Assembly: GCF_009914755.1 (NCBI RefSeq) | Contig: NC_060936.1 | DNA length: 64,000 bases | Source of the DNA: the human T2T-CHM13v2.0 reference genome, Homo sapiens | Reading direction: 5' to 3' (one strand) | In this document: one piece after another, positions 13,160 to 26,221 of the stretch | Layout of the letters: each line of letters begins with the position of its first letter | Position numbering within the stretch: the stretch's first letter is position 1 | Notes under the pieces: generated by a model | Told to the model about the DNA's origin: nothing | Databases searched by the model: none | Seen by the model: the letters and a program-made list of their open reading frames with translations, nothing else | Program-made: the position numbers and the translations under genes

Positions 13160-16100
13160 TATTTCCTTTTTCACCATAATACTCCAAGGGCTCCCAAATA
13201 TCCTTTGGAGATACCACAAAAACAGTGGTTCCAATCTGCTCCAACAAAAGAATTGTTCAACTTTGTGAGATGAATGCACACATGATAAAGCAGTCTCTCA
13301 GAAAGCTTCTGCTAGTTTGTATCAGAAGATATTTCCTTTGTTACCATAGGCCTCAAGGAGAATCCAAATATCCCTTCGCAGACTCTACAAACACTGAGTT
13401 TCCAAACTGCTCAATCTAAAGAATGGTTTATCTCTGTGAGATGAATTGAATGCACAGATCACAAAGCAGTTTCTAGGAAAGCTCCTTTCTAGTTTTTATG
13501 TGAGGATATTTCCTTTTTCACCATAGGCCTCAGAGTGTTCACAAATATCACTATGCAGATTCTAGAAAAACACTGGGTGCAAACTGCTCAATCAAAAGAA
13601 TGGTTCACCTCTGTGAGAGGAATGCACACATCACAAAGCAGTTTCTCAGAAACCTTCCTTCGAGTTTTTAGGTGTAGATATTTCCTTTTCCACCAAAGGC
13701 CTGAAAGTGCTCCCAAATATCCCTTTGCAGATTCTACAAAATCAGTGTTTCCAAAATGTTTAATCAAAAGAAACTTTTAACTCTGTGAGATGAGTGCACA
13801 TGTAACAAAGCCGTTTCTCAAAAAGCTCCTTTCTAGTTTTTATGTGAGGATATTTCCTTTTTCACCATAAGACTGAAAGGGCTCCCAAATATCACTTTGC
13901 AGATTCTACAAAAACAGAGGTTCCAAACTGCTCCATCAAAAGAATTGTTCACCTCTGTGAGATGAATACACACATCACAAAGCAATCCCTCAGAAAGCTT
14001 CTTTCTAGTTGGTATCGGAAGATATTTCCTTTTTACCCAGAGGCCTCAAAGTGCTCACAAATATCACTTTCAGATTCTAGAAAAACATTGGTTCCACACT
14101 GCTCCATCAAATAATGGTTCAACTATGTGAGATGAACGCACACAAAGTAAAGCAGTTTCTCAGACCCTTCTCTTTCTAGTTTGTATTGGAAGATATTTCC
14201 TTTTTCACCATAGGCCTCAATGCACTCCCAAATATCCCTTTGCAGATTCTAGAAGACAGAGTTTCCAATCTGCTCAATGAAAAGAAATGTTGAACTCTGT
14301 GAGAATGCACACATCACAAAGCAGTTTCTCAGAATGCTTCTGTCTAGTTTGTATCAGAAGATAATTCCTTTGTCATCATAGGCTGCAAGGTGAATCCAAA
14401 TATTCCTTTGCAGATTCTTGAAAAACAGTGGTTCCAAACTGCTCAAAAAAAAAAGACTAGTTCAACTCTGTGAGAGGAATGCTCACTTCACAAAGTAGTT
14501 TTTCAGAAAACTTCCTTTGAGTTTTTAGGTGAAGATATTTCCTTTTTCACCATAGGCCTGGAAGTGATCCCAAATGTCCCTTTGAGGATTCTACAAAAAC
14601 GGTGTTGCCAAGATGCTCAATCAAAAAGAAGTTTTAAGTCTGTGAGTTAACTTCACATATCACAAAGCAGTTTCTCAGAAAGCTCTTTTCTAGTTTTTAT
14701 GTTAGGATATTTCCTTTTACAACATAACACTCAAAGGCTCCCAAGTGTCCCTTTGCAGATTCTACAAAAACATTGATTCCAAAAGCTCCATCAAAAGAAT
14801 GGTTCAGCTCTGTGACATGAATGCAAACATCAAAAAGCAGTTTCTCAGAAAGCTTCCATCTAGTTTGTATTGGAAGATATTTCCTTTTTCACCACAGGCC
14901 TCCATGTGAATCCAAATATCCCTTCTCAGATTCCACAGACAGTGTGTTTCCAAACCCTCAATGAAAAGAATGGTTAAAATGTGAGATGAATGCACACATC
15001 ACAAAGCAGTTTCTCAGACACTGTCTTTCTAGTTCGTATCGGAAGATATTTTCTTTTTCACAATAGGACTCAATGAGCTCCTAAATATCCCTTTGCAAAT
15101 TCTATAATAACATAGTTTCCAAACTGCTAAATGAAAATAAACATTTAACTCTGTGAGATGAATGCACACATCACAAAGCAGTTTCTCAGAAAGCTTCTGC
15201 CCAGTTTGTATCAGAAGATACTTCCTTTGTCAGCATTGGCCTCAATTCGAAAGCAAATATCTCTTCGCAGATTCTACAAACACTGTGTTTCCAAACTGCT
15301 CAATCAAAAGAATGGTTTAACTCTTTGAGATGAATGCATAGATCACAAAACAGTTTCTAAGAAAGCTCCTTTCTAGTTTTTTGTGAGGATATTTCCTTTT
15401 TCACCACAGGACCCAAAGCACTCACAAATATCCCTTTGTAGATTCTACAAAAACGGTGATTATAAAACGCTCAATCAAAAGGATGGTTCAACTCTGTGAG
15501 AGGAATGCACACATGACAAAGAAGTTTCTCAGAAAGCTTCCTTCCAGTTTGTAGGTGAAGATCATTCCTTTTTTGCCATAAGTGTGAAAGCACTCCCAAA
15601 TATCCCTTTGTAGATTTCACAAAAATGGTGTTTCCAAAATGCACAATCAAAATAAAATTTTAACTCTGTGAGATGAATACACATGTCACAAAGCAGTTTC
15701 TCAGAAAGCTCCTTTCTAGTTTTTATGTGAGGATATTTCCTTTTCACCATCAGACTCAAAGAGTTCCCAATTATCCCTTTACAGGTTCTACAAAAACGTT
15801 GTTTCCAAACTGCTCTATCAAAAGAATCGTTCAACTCTGTGAGATGAATGCACACATCACAAAGCAGTCTCTCAGAAAACTTGTGTCTAGTTTGTATTAG
15901 AAGATATTTCCTTTATCATCACAGGCCTCCATGCAAATCCAAATATCCCTAAGTAGATACTACAAACACTATGTTTCCAAACTTCTCAATCAAAAGAACA
16001 GTTAAACTCTGTCAGATGAACACACTCACCAGAAAGCACTTTCTCAGAAACTCCAGTTTGTATTGGAAGATATTTCCTTTTTCACCATAGGCCTCAATGT

Positions 16101-17776
16101 GTTCCCAAAAATCCCTTTGCAGATTCTAGAAGAACAAAGTTTCCAAACTGCTCAATAAAAAGAAGCGTTGAACCATGTGAGATGAATGCACACATCACAA
16201 AGCAGTTTCTCAGAAAGTTTCTGTCTAGTTTGTATCAGAAGATATTTCCTTTGTCACCATAGGACTCAAGGCAAATCCAAATATCCCTTTGCAGACTCGA
16301 CAAACACTGTGTTTCCAAACTGCTCAATCACAAGAATGGTTTAAGTCGGTGAGATGAATGCACACATGACAAAGCAGTTTCTCAGAAAGCTTCTGTCTAG
16401 TTTTTACATGAAGATATTTCCTTTTTCACCATAGGCCTCAAAGCACTCACAAATATTGCTTTGCAGATTCTAGAAAAACATTGGTTGCAAAGGTCCTCAA
16501 GTCCTCAATCAAAAGAATGGATGAACTCTATGAGAGGAATTCACACACCACAGAGCAGTTTCTCAGAAATCTTCCTTTGACTTTTTAGGTGAAAACATTT
16601 CCTTTTTCACCATAGGCCTGAAAGCACTCCAAAATATCTCTTTTCAGATTCCATGAAAACGGTGTTTCCAAAATGCTCAGTCAAAATCAAGTTTTAACTC
16701 TGTGGGATGAGTGCACTTATCACAAAGCCCTTTCTTAGAAAGATCTTTTCTAGATTTTATGTGAGGATACTTCCTTTTTCACCATAAGACTGATAGGGTT
16801 CCCAAATATCCCTTTGTAGACTCTACAAAAACAGTGGTTCCAAACTGAATCATCAAAACAGTGGTTCAAATCTGTGAGATGAATGTACACATCACAAAGC
16901 AATATCTCAGAAAGCTTCTGTCTAGTTTGTATTGGAAGATATTTCATTTTTCACCCCAGGCCTCCATGCAAATCCAAATATCCCCTCAAAGATTCTACAA
17001 ACACTGTGTTTCCAAACTTCTCAATCAAAAGAACAGTTAAACTCTGTCAGATGAACACACTCACCAGAAAGCACTTTCTCAGAAACTCTCCAGTTTGTAT
17101 TGGAAGATATTTCCTTTTTCACCATAGGCCTCAATGTGTTCCCAAAAATCCCTTTGCAGATTCTAGAAGAACAAGGTTTCCAAACTGCTCAATGAAAAGA
17201 AACTTTTAACTTTGTGAGATGAATGCACACAACACAAAGCAGTTTCTCAGAAAGCTTCTGTCTAGTTTGTATCAGAAGATATTTCCTTTGTCACCATAGG
17301 CCTCAAGGCAAATCCAAATATCTCTTCACAGATTCTATACACACCATGTTTCCAAACTGCTCAAAGAATGGTTAAACTCTGTGAGATGAGTGCACACATC
17401 ACAAAGAAATTTCTCAGAAAATTTCTTTCTAGTTTCTATCAGGAGATAATTCCTTTTTTCACCATAGGCCTCATTTCGCTCCCAAATAGCCCTTTGCAGA
17501 TTCTAGAAGAACAGAGTTTCCAAACTGCTCAGTGAAAATAAACGTTTAAATCTGTGAGATGAATGTGCACAACACAAAGCAGTTTCTAAGAAAGCTCCCT
17601 TCTAGTTTTTATGTGAGGATATTTCCTTTTTCACCATAGGCCTCAAAGTGCTCACAAATATCCCTTTGCAGATTCCAGTTTCCAAACTGCTCAATGAAAA
17701 GAAAGGTTTAACTCTGTGAGATGATTGCACACATCACAAAGAAGTTCCTCATAAAGCTTCAGTCTAGTTTGTATCA
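13159..17776 (-). repeat. Alpha satellite, reverse orientation, divergent 6-mer higher-order repeat
   Basis: Six distinguishable monomer variants recur in fixed order with a ~1.03 kb period, clearest over 14550-17300. Confidence 0.95.
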
Positions 17777-17793
17777 TTGCATATTTTATCATA

Positions 17794-20700
17794 AGCATAT
17801 TGAAGCTTATGGTGAAAAAGGAAATATCTTCAGATAAAAACTAGAAAGAACCTTTTTGAGAAACTGCTTTGTGATGTGTACATTCATCTCACAGAGTTAA
17901 ACATTTTTTTTTTGTTTGATTGAGCTGTTTGGAAACACTGTTTTTTAGAATCTGTGACAGGATATGTTGGAGCACATTGAAGCCTATGTTAGAAAAGGAA
18001 AAATCTTCAGAGAAGAACTAGACGGAAGTTTTCTGAGAAACTGTTTTTGATGTGTGCATTCGTCTCACAGAGTTAAACCTGTCTCTTGAATGAGCAGTTT
18101 GGAAACACGGTTTTGTAGAAACTGTGAAGGGATATTTGTGAGTGCATCAAAGCCTATGGTGAAAAAGGAAATAACTTCAGATAAAAACGAGAAAGAAGCT
18201 TTTTGAGAAACTGCTTTGTGATGTGTGCATTCATCTCACCAACTTAAACCTTTGTTTTGATAGATCAGTTTGGAAACACTGTTTTTGTAGAATCTGTGAA
18301 GCAATGTTATGCAGTGTAAAAAGGACTATGGTGAACAAGAAAATATCTTCAGATAAGAAGTGGAAAGAAGCATTATGAGGAACTGCTTTCTGATGTGTGC
18401 CTTCATCTCCTGGAGTTAAGTCCTTTAGATGGAAGAGTTTGGAAATACTCTTTTGCATTGAAGCCTATGGAGAAAAAGGAAATAACTTCAGAAAAAAACT
18501 AGAAAGAAGCTTTCTGTTAAACCAATTTGCGATGTGTGCATTCTTATCACAGAGTTAAACTTATCTTTTGAGTAGGCAGTATGGAAACACTGTTTTGTAG
18601 AATCTGTGATGGATATTTGGGAGTGCAATGAGGCCTATGATGACAAAGGAAATATCTTCAGCTAAAAACTAGAAAGAGCTTTCTGAGAAACTGCTTTGTG
18701 ATGTGTGCATTCATCTCACAGAGGTAAAACTCTCTTTTGATTGAGCAGTTTGGAAACACTGTTTTTGTTGAATGTGTGACAGCACATTTCAGAGCGCTGT
18801 AAAGCCTATGGTGAAAAAGGAAATATCTTCGAATGAAAACTAGAAAAGAGCATTTTGAGAAACTACTTTGTGATGTGTGCATTCATCTCAGAGTGTTAAA
18901 CCTTTGTTTGGATTGATCAGCTTGTAAACAATGTTTTTTTAGAATCTGTGAAAATATATTTGGGATGCACAAGGTCTATGGTGAAAAAGTAAATAATTTC
19001 AGATAAAAACTAGAAAGAGTCTTTCTGAGAAACATCTTTGTGATGTATGCATTCATCTCACAGAGTTAAACTATGGTGAAAAAGGAAATATCTTCAGAAA
19101 AAATCAAGAAAGAAGTATTCTGAGAAACAGCTTTGAGATGGGTGCATTCACCTCACAGAGTTAAACTTTCCTTTCAATGCAGTGGTTTGGAAACACTGTT
19201 TTTGTGGCATATGCAAAAGGATATTTGGGAGCACATTGAGGCCTATGTTGAAAAACAAAATAAATCATAAAAACTTCAAAGACGCTTTCTGAGAAACTGC
19301 TTTGAGATATGTGCATTCATCTCACAGAGTTAAACCTTTCTTTTGCAGGAGCAGTTTGGAAAGACTGTTATTGTAGATTATGTGAAAGGATATTTGACAG
19401 TGCATTGAGGCCTGTGGTGAAAAATGAAATATCTTTAGGGAAAAACTAAAAATAAGCTTTCTGAGAAACGGATTTGTGATGTGTCCATTCATCTAACAGT
19501 TAAACTTTTCTATTGATGGAGTTGTTTGAAAACACTATTTTTCCAGAATCTGGGAAGTGATATTTAGGAGTGTCTTGAGGCCTATGGTGAAAAAGGAAAT
19601 ATCTTCAGAGAAAAAAGAGAAACAAGCTTTCTGAGAAATTGCTTTATGATGCATGCTGTCATCTAACAGACTCAAACCTTTGTCTTTGTTGAGCAGTTTG
19701 AAAACACTGTTTCTATAGAATCTGTGAAGGAATATTTCGAAGCACCTTGTTGCTTATGGTTAAAAAGGAAATATCTTCACATAAAAACTAGAAAGAAGAT
19801 TCCATAGAAACTACTTTGTGATGTGTGCATTCATCTCACAGAGATTAACTTTCTTTTGGTGGAGCAGTTTGGAAACACTTTTTTTGTAGAATCTGCTAAG
19901 GGACATTTTGGAGTGCATTTTGGCCTATGATGAAAAAGGAAATATCTTTAGAGAAAAACTGAAAATAAACTTTCTGAGAAACTGCTTTGTGATGTGTCTT
20001 TTCAGATCACAGAATTAAATTTTCCTTTAGTGGAGCAGTTTGGAAACACTGTTTTGTAGATTCTGTGAATGCACATTAAGGAACACATTGAGGTCTGTGG
20101 TGAAAAAGGAAATATCTTTAGAGAAAAACTATAAGGAAGCTTTCTGAGAAACTGATTTGTGATGTTTGCATTCATCACAGAGAGGTAAACCTTTCTTTTG
20201 TTGGAGCTGTTGGGAAACCCTGTTTTTCTAGACTATGCGAAGGGATATTTCAGAGCATGTTGTGGCCTGTGGTGAAAAAGAAATATCTTTACATAAAAAA
20301 CTAGAAAGAAGTTTTCTGAGGAACTGATTTGTGATGTGTGCATTCATCTCACAGAATTAAACTTTCCTTTTGATGGAGCTCTGTGGAAACACTATTTTTG
20401 TAGAATTGGTGAAGGGATATTTGGGAGCATATTGAGGCCCATGGTTAAAAAGGAAATATCTTTAGTGAAAAGCTAGAAAGAAGCTTTCTGTGAAATTACT
20501 TTGTGATGTGTGCATCCAGGTCAGAGAGTTAAACATTTCTTTTGATTGAGCAGTTTGGAAACACTGTTTTTTTGGAATCTGCAAAGGGATATTTGTGAGC
20601 ATATTGAGGCCTATGGTGAAAAACGAAATATCTTTAGCAAAAAATAGAAAGAAACTTTCTGAGAAACCTGTTTGTGATGTGTGCATTCATCTCACAGAGG

Positions 20701-23700
20701 TAAAATTTTCGTTTTTTGGAACTGTTTTAAAACAATGTTTTAGTCGAATGTGTGAAGGGCTATTTGGGAGCACATTGAGGCTTATGATATGAATGGAAAT
20801 ATCTTTGGAGAAAAACAAGAAGGAAACTTTCTGAGAAACAGATTTTTGATGTGTGCATTCATCTCACAGATTTAAAGGTTTCTTTTGATGGAGCTGGTTG
20901 GCAACTCTGTTTTTGTAGAATCCACTAAAAGATACTTGGGAGCGTATTGAAGTCTATAGCGAAAAAGGAAATATCATTAGAGAAAATTTATACAAGCTTT
21001 CTGAGAAACTGATTTACGATGTGTCCATTTATCTCACAGAGTTAAAGCTTTCTTTTGATGGAGCTGGTTGGAAACACTGTATTTCTAGAATCTGCAAAGG
21101 GATATTTTGGAGCGTATTGAGGCCTACAGTGAAACAGATATGTTTTCAGATAAATATTAGAAAGAAGATTTCTGAGAACTTGTTTTGTGAGCTGTCCCGT
21201 CATCTTACAGAGTTAAACATTTCTTTGATTGAGCAGTTTTGAAACACTGTGTTTTAGAATCTGTGAAGGGATATTTGGGAGTGCCTTGAGCACTATGGTG
21301 AAAAAGGATATATCTTAAGAAAACCTAGAAAGAAGTTTTCTGACAAACGAATTTGTGATGTGTGCATTCATCTCACAGAGTTAAACCTTTCTTTTGATGA
21401 AGTAGTTTGGAACCACTGCTTTTATAGAGTCTGTGAAGGGATATTTGGGAGTGCATGAGGCCTGTGGTGAAAAATGAACTATCTTCACATAAATATTATA
21501 AAGAAGTTTTCTGAGAAACTGCTTTGTGATGTGTGCATTCAACTCACAGAGATAACACTTACTTTTGATGGAGTAGTTTGGAAACATTGTTTTTGTAGAA
21601 TCTGAGAAGGTATATTTGGGAATGCATCAAGGTCTATGGTGAAAAACTAAATATCTTTGGAGAAAAACTAGAAAGAAGCTTTCTGAGTAACTGCTTTGTG
21701 ATGTTTGCATTCAGCTCACAGGGTTAAACATTTCATTTGATTGAGCAGTTTGGAAATACTGCTTTTGTAGAATCTGTGAAGGGATATTTGGGAACATATT
21801 GAGGCCTATTGTGAAAAAGTAAATATCTTCAGAGAAAAACTAGAATGAAGCTTTCTAATAAACTGTTTTGAGTAGTTTGCAATCAACTCTCACTGTTAAA
21901 AATTTCTTTTGATTGAGCAGTTTGGAAACACTGTTCCGCTTAGACATTTTTAGGAGTGCTTTGATGCCTATGGTGAAAAAGGAAATAGCTTCAGATAAAA
22001 ACTAGATGGAAGCTTTCTGAGAAACTGCTTTGTATGAGTGCATTCATATCATAGAGTTTACCCTTTCTTTTATGGAGCAGTTTGGAAAACTGTTTTTGTA
22101 GAATCTGCGAAGATATATTTGGGAGTGCATTGAGGCCTATGTGGAAAAATGAATTATGCTCAGAGAAGAACTAGAAAGAAGCTTTCTGAGAAACTGATTT
22201 GTGATGTGTGCATTCATCTCACAGAGTTAATCTTTTCTTTTGATGGAGCAGTTTGGAAGCCCTGTTTTTGTATAATCTGTGAAGGGATATTTGTGAGCAC
22301 ATTGAAGCCTATGGTGAAAAAGGAAATATCTTCAGATAAACACTAGAAAGACGCTTTTTAGGAAACTGATTTGTGATGTGTGCATTCGTCTCACAGAGTT
22401 AATCTATTCTTTTGATTGTGTAGTTTGGAAACGCTGCTTTTGTAGAATCTGTGAAGCGATACTAGGGAGCGCCTTGAGGCCTATGGTGCAAAAGGAAATA
22501 TCTTCAGAGAAAACCTACAGAGTAGCTGTCTGAGAAATTGCTTTGTGTTTTGTGCATTCATCTCACAGAGTTAAACATTCCTATGGATGGAGCAGTTTGG
22601 AAACACTCTTTTTATAGAATCTGTGAAGAGATATTTGGGAGCACATTCACACTTACATTGAAAAACGACTTATCTTAGGAGAAAAAGCAGAAAGAAATTT
22701 TATGAGAAATTGATTTGTGATGTGTGCATTCGTCTAGCAGAGTTAAACCTATCTTTTGATGGAGCAGTTTGGAAACACTGTTTCTGTAGAATCTGTGAAG
22801 GGATATTTGGGAACACATTGAGGACTATGGTAAAAAATTTAATATCTTTAGCCATAATATAGAAAGAAGCTATCTTAGAAACTGCCTTTTACGTGTGCAT
22901 TCAGCTCACAGAGTTAAACATTTCTTTTGATGGAGCAGTTTCTAAACACAGTTTTTGTAGAATCTTCGAAGGGATATTTGAAAGCACATTGAGGTCTATG
23001 GTGAAAAAGGAAATACCTTCAGAGAAAAACTAGAAGGAAAGTTTCTGATAAGCTGTTTGTGTTGTGATCATTCATGTCACAGAGTTAAAACTTTCTTTTG
23101 ATGGAGCTGTTTGGAAACACTGTTTTTGTGGAATCTGCTAAGAGATATTTGGGAGCTCATTGAGGCCTACGGTGTAAAAGGAAACATCTTCAGAGAAAAA
23201 CTAGAAAGACGCTTTCTGATAAGCTGCTTCGTGTTGTGTTCATTCATCTCACAGAGTTATACCTTTTTTTTTGATTGAGCAGTTTAGAAACACTGTTTTT
23301 GTGGAATCGGTGAAGGGATATTTGGGAACACACTGAGACCTATGGTAAAAAAGGAAATAACTTTAGAGAAAAACTAGAAAGAAGCTTTCTGAGAAACTGC
23401 TTTGTGATGTGTGCATTCAAACCCCTGAGTAAAAGCTTTGTTTTGATTGAGCAGCTTGGTAACACTGTTTTAATATAATCTGTGAAGGGATATTTGGGGG
23501 CACATTGAGGTCTATGGGAAAAATGTAATATCTTTAGGTAAAAAATAGAAAGAAGCTTTCTAAGAAACTTCTTTGTGATGTGTGCATTCATCTCACAGAG
23601 TTAAATCTTTCTTTTGATGGAGCAGTTTGGAAACACTGTTTTTGTAGATTATGCAAAGTGAAATTTGGGAGCGCATTCAGGCATATGGTGAAAAAGCAAT

Positions 23701-26221
23701 ATCTCTGATAAAAATTACAAATAATCTTTCTAAAGATTCTTTAGAAAGAGAAACTGCTTTGTGATATCAGTGTTCATGTCACAGAGTTAAACTTATATTT
23801 TGATGGAGCATTCTGGGAAGACTGTTTTTGTAGAAGCTCTGAAGTTATATTTGGGAGTGTTTTCAGGCCTATGGTGAAAAATGAAATATCCTAAGAGAAA
23901 AAATTGAAAGAAGATTTTGAGAAACTTCTTTGTGATGTTTGCATTTATCTCACAGATACACACTTTCTTTTTTTGAGCAGTTTGGAAACGTTGTGTTTGT
24001 AGAATCCATGAAGTGTTATTTTGGAGTGCATTGAGTCCTATGGTGAAAAAAGAAAATGTTTAGGCAAAAGATAGAAAGAGGTTTTCTGAGAAACTGCTTT
24101 GTGATGTCTGCATTCAGCTTACAGAGTTAAATATTTCTTTTGATGGAGCAGTTTGGAAACACTGTTTTTGTCACATCTGCAAAGGGATATTTCAGAGTGC
24201 ATTGAGGCCTATGGTAAAAAGGAAATATCTTCACAGAAAAATGAGAAAGAAGCTTTCTGAGAAACTGCTTTGTGATGCATACATTCATCTCACAGAGTTA
24301 AACCTTTCTTTTGATGCAGCAGTTTGGAAACACTGTTTTTGTATAATCTGCGAAGGGATATTTTTTAGTGCATTGAGCCCTAAGATGAAAAAGGAAACAC
24401 TTTCAGAGAAAAACTGGAAAGAAGCTTTCTGAGAAACTGCTTTGTTATTTGTGCATTCATCTCACAGAGCTAAACCTTTCTTTTGATGGAGCAGTTTGCA
24501 AACACTGTTTCTGTAGAATCTGCGAATGGATATTTGGGAGCACCTTGCAGCCTATGATGAAAAAGAAAATATTTTAAGAGAAAAACTAGAAAGAATCATT
24601 TTCAGAAACCTACTTGTGATGTGTGCATTAATCTCACAGACTTAAACTTTTATTTTAATGAAGCAGTTTTGAAACACTGCTTTTGTAGAAGTTGCAATGG
24701 GATATTTGGGAGGGTGTGGAGGCAAATGGTGAAAAAAGAAATATCTTCAGAGAAAAACTAGAAAGAAGCTTTCTGAGAAGCTGATTTGTGATGTGTGCAT
24801 TCATCTCACAGACTTTTACCTTTCTATTGATGGAACAGTAGGAAAGACTGTTTCTGTAGAATCTGCAAAGGGATATTTGGGAGCACATTCATCTCTATGG
24901 TGAAAAAGGAAATATCTCAAGAGAAAAACTATAAAGAAGCTTTCTGAGAACCTGACGTATGATGTGTGCATTCATCCCACAGAGTTCAACTTATCTTTTG
25001 ATGAGCATTTTGGAAACACTATTTTTGTAGAGTCTGCAAATGGATTTTTGGGAGCACCTTAAGGCCAGTGGTGAAAAAGGAAACATCTTAAGAGAAAAAT
25101 TAAAAAGAAGCTTTCTGAGAAACTATTTTTGGCGACTGCATTCATCTCACAGAGTTAAAGCTTTCCTTTGATGGAGCACTTTGGAAACACTGGTTTAGAA
25201 GAATCTGTGCAAGGATATTTGGGAGCACATTGGGGCCTACTGTCAAAAAGTATATGTCTTCAGATAAAAACTAGAAAGAAGCTTTCTGAGAAACTGTTTT
25301 GTGATGTGTGCATTCATCTCACAGAGTTAAACCTTTCCTTTGATAAAGCAGTTTGGAAACACTGTGTTAGTAGAATCTGCGAAGGGATATTTTGGAGAGT
25401 ATTGAGGCCTACTTTGAAAAAGTAAACCTTTCTTTGAATGAATCAGTTTGGAAACACTGTTTTTGTAGAATCTGGAAAGGGATATTTGGGAGCACATTGA
25501 AGCCTATGGTGAAAAAAGAAACATCTTCATACAAAAACTAGAAAGAAGCTTTCTGAGAAACTGCATTGTGATGTATGCATTAATCTGACAGAGTTAAACC
25601 TTTTTTTTGATGGAGTTGTTTGGAACCACTGTTATTGTAGATTCTGTGAAGGGATATTTTGGAGAGCATTAAGGCCTAAGGTGAAGAAGGAATCATCTGC
25701 ACATAAAAAAAAGAAAGAAGATGTTTGAGAAAGTACTTTGTGATGTGTGCATTCATGTTATAGATGTAAACCTTTCTTTGGATTTAGCAGTTTGGAAACA
25801 TTGTTTTTGTAGAATCTGAGAAGGGATATTTTGGAGCGCATTGAGGCCTATGATGGAAAAGGAAATATCTTCAGAGGAAAACTAGAAAGAAGGTTTCTGA
25901 GAAACTGCTTCATGTTGTGATCATTCATCTCACAGACTTAAACCTTTCTTTTGATTCATCAGTTTGGAAACACTGTTTTTGGGGGGATCAGCAAAGAGAA
26001 GTTTGGGAGCACATTCAGGCCTATGGTGAAAATGGAAATATCTTTAGATAAAACTTAGAAAGAATCTTTCTGAGAAATTGCTTTGTATTGACATCATTCA
26101 TCTCACAGAGTTAAACCTTTCTTTTGATTGACCAGTTTGGAAACACTGTTTTTTGGAAACTGTGAACGGATAATTTGGAGCACATTGAGGCCTATGGTGA
26201 AAAGGGGAATATATTCAGATA
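17794..26221 (+). repeat. Alpha satellite, monomeric, conventional orientation
   Basis: Repeating GAGGCCTATGGTGAAAAAGGAAATATCTTCAGA(G/T)AAAAACTAGAAAGAAGCTTTCTGAGAAACTG...TTTGATGGAGCAG. Confidence 0.98.

Noticed and set aside
5748-13247. Similar minus-strand ORFs 5748..6083 and 12804..13247
   Set aside because: Both are the antisense of L1 3' ends, so the similarity is explained by the repeats
13440-16510. Micro-duplications TGAAT-TGAAT (~13442) and GTCCTCAA-GTCCTCAA (16493-16508)
   Set aside because: Ordinary slippage-size events with no wider pattern
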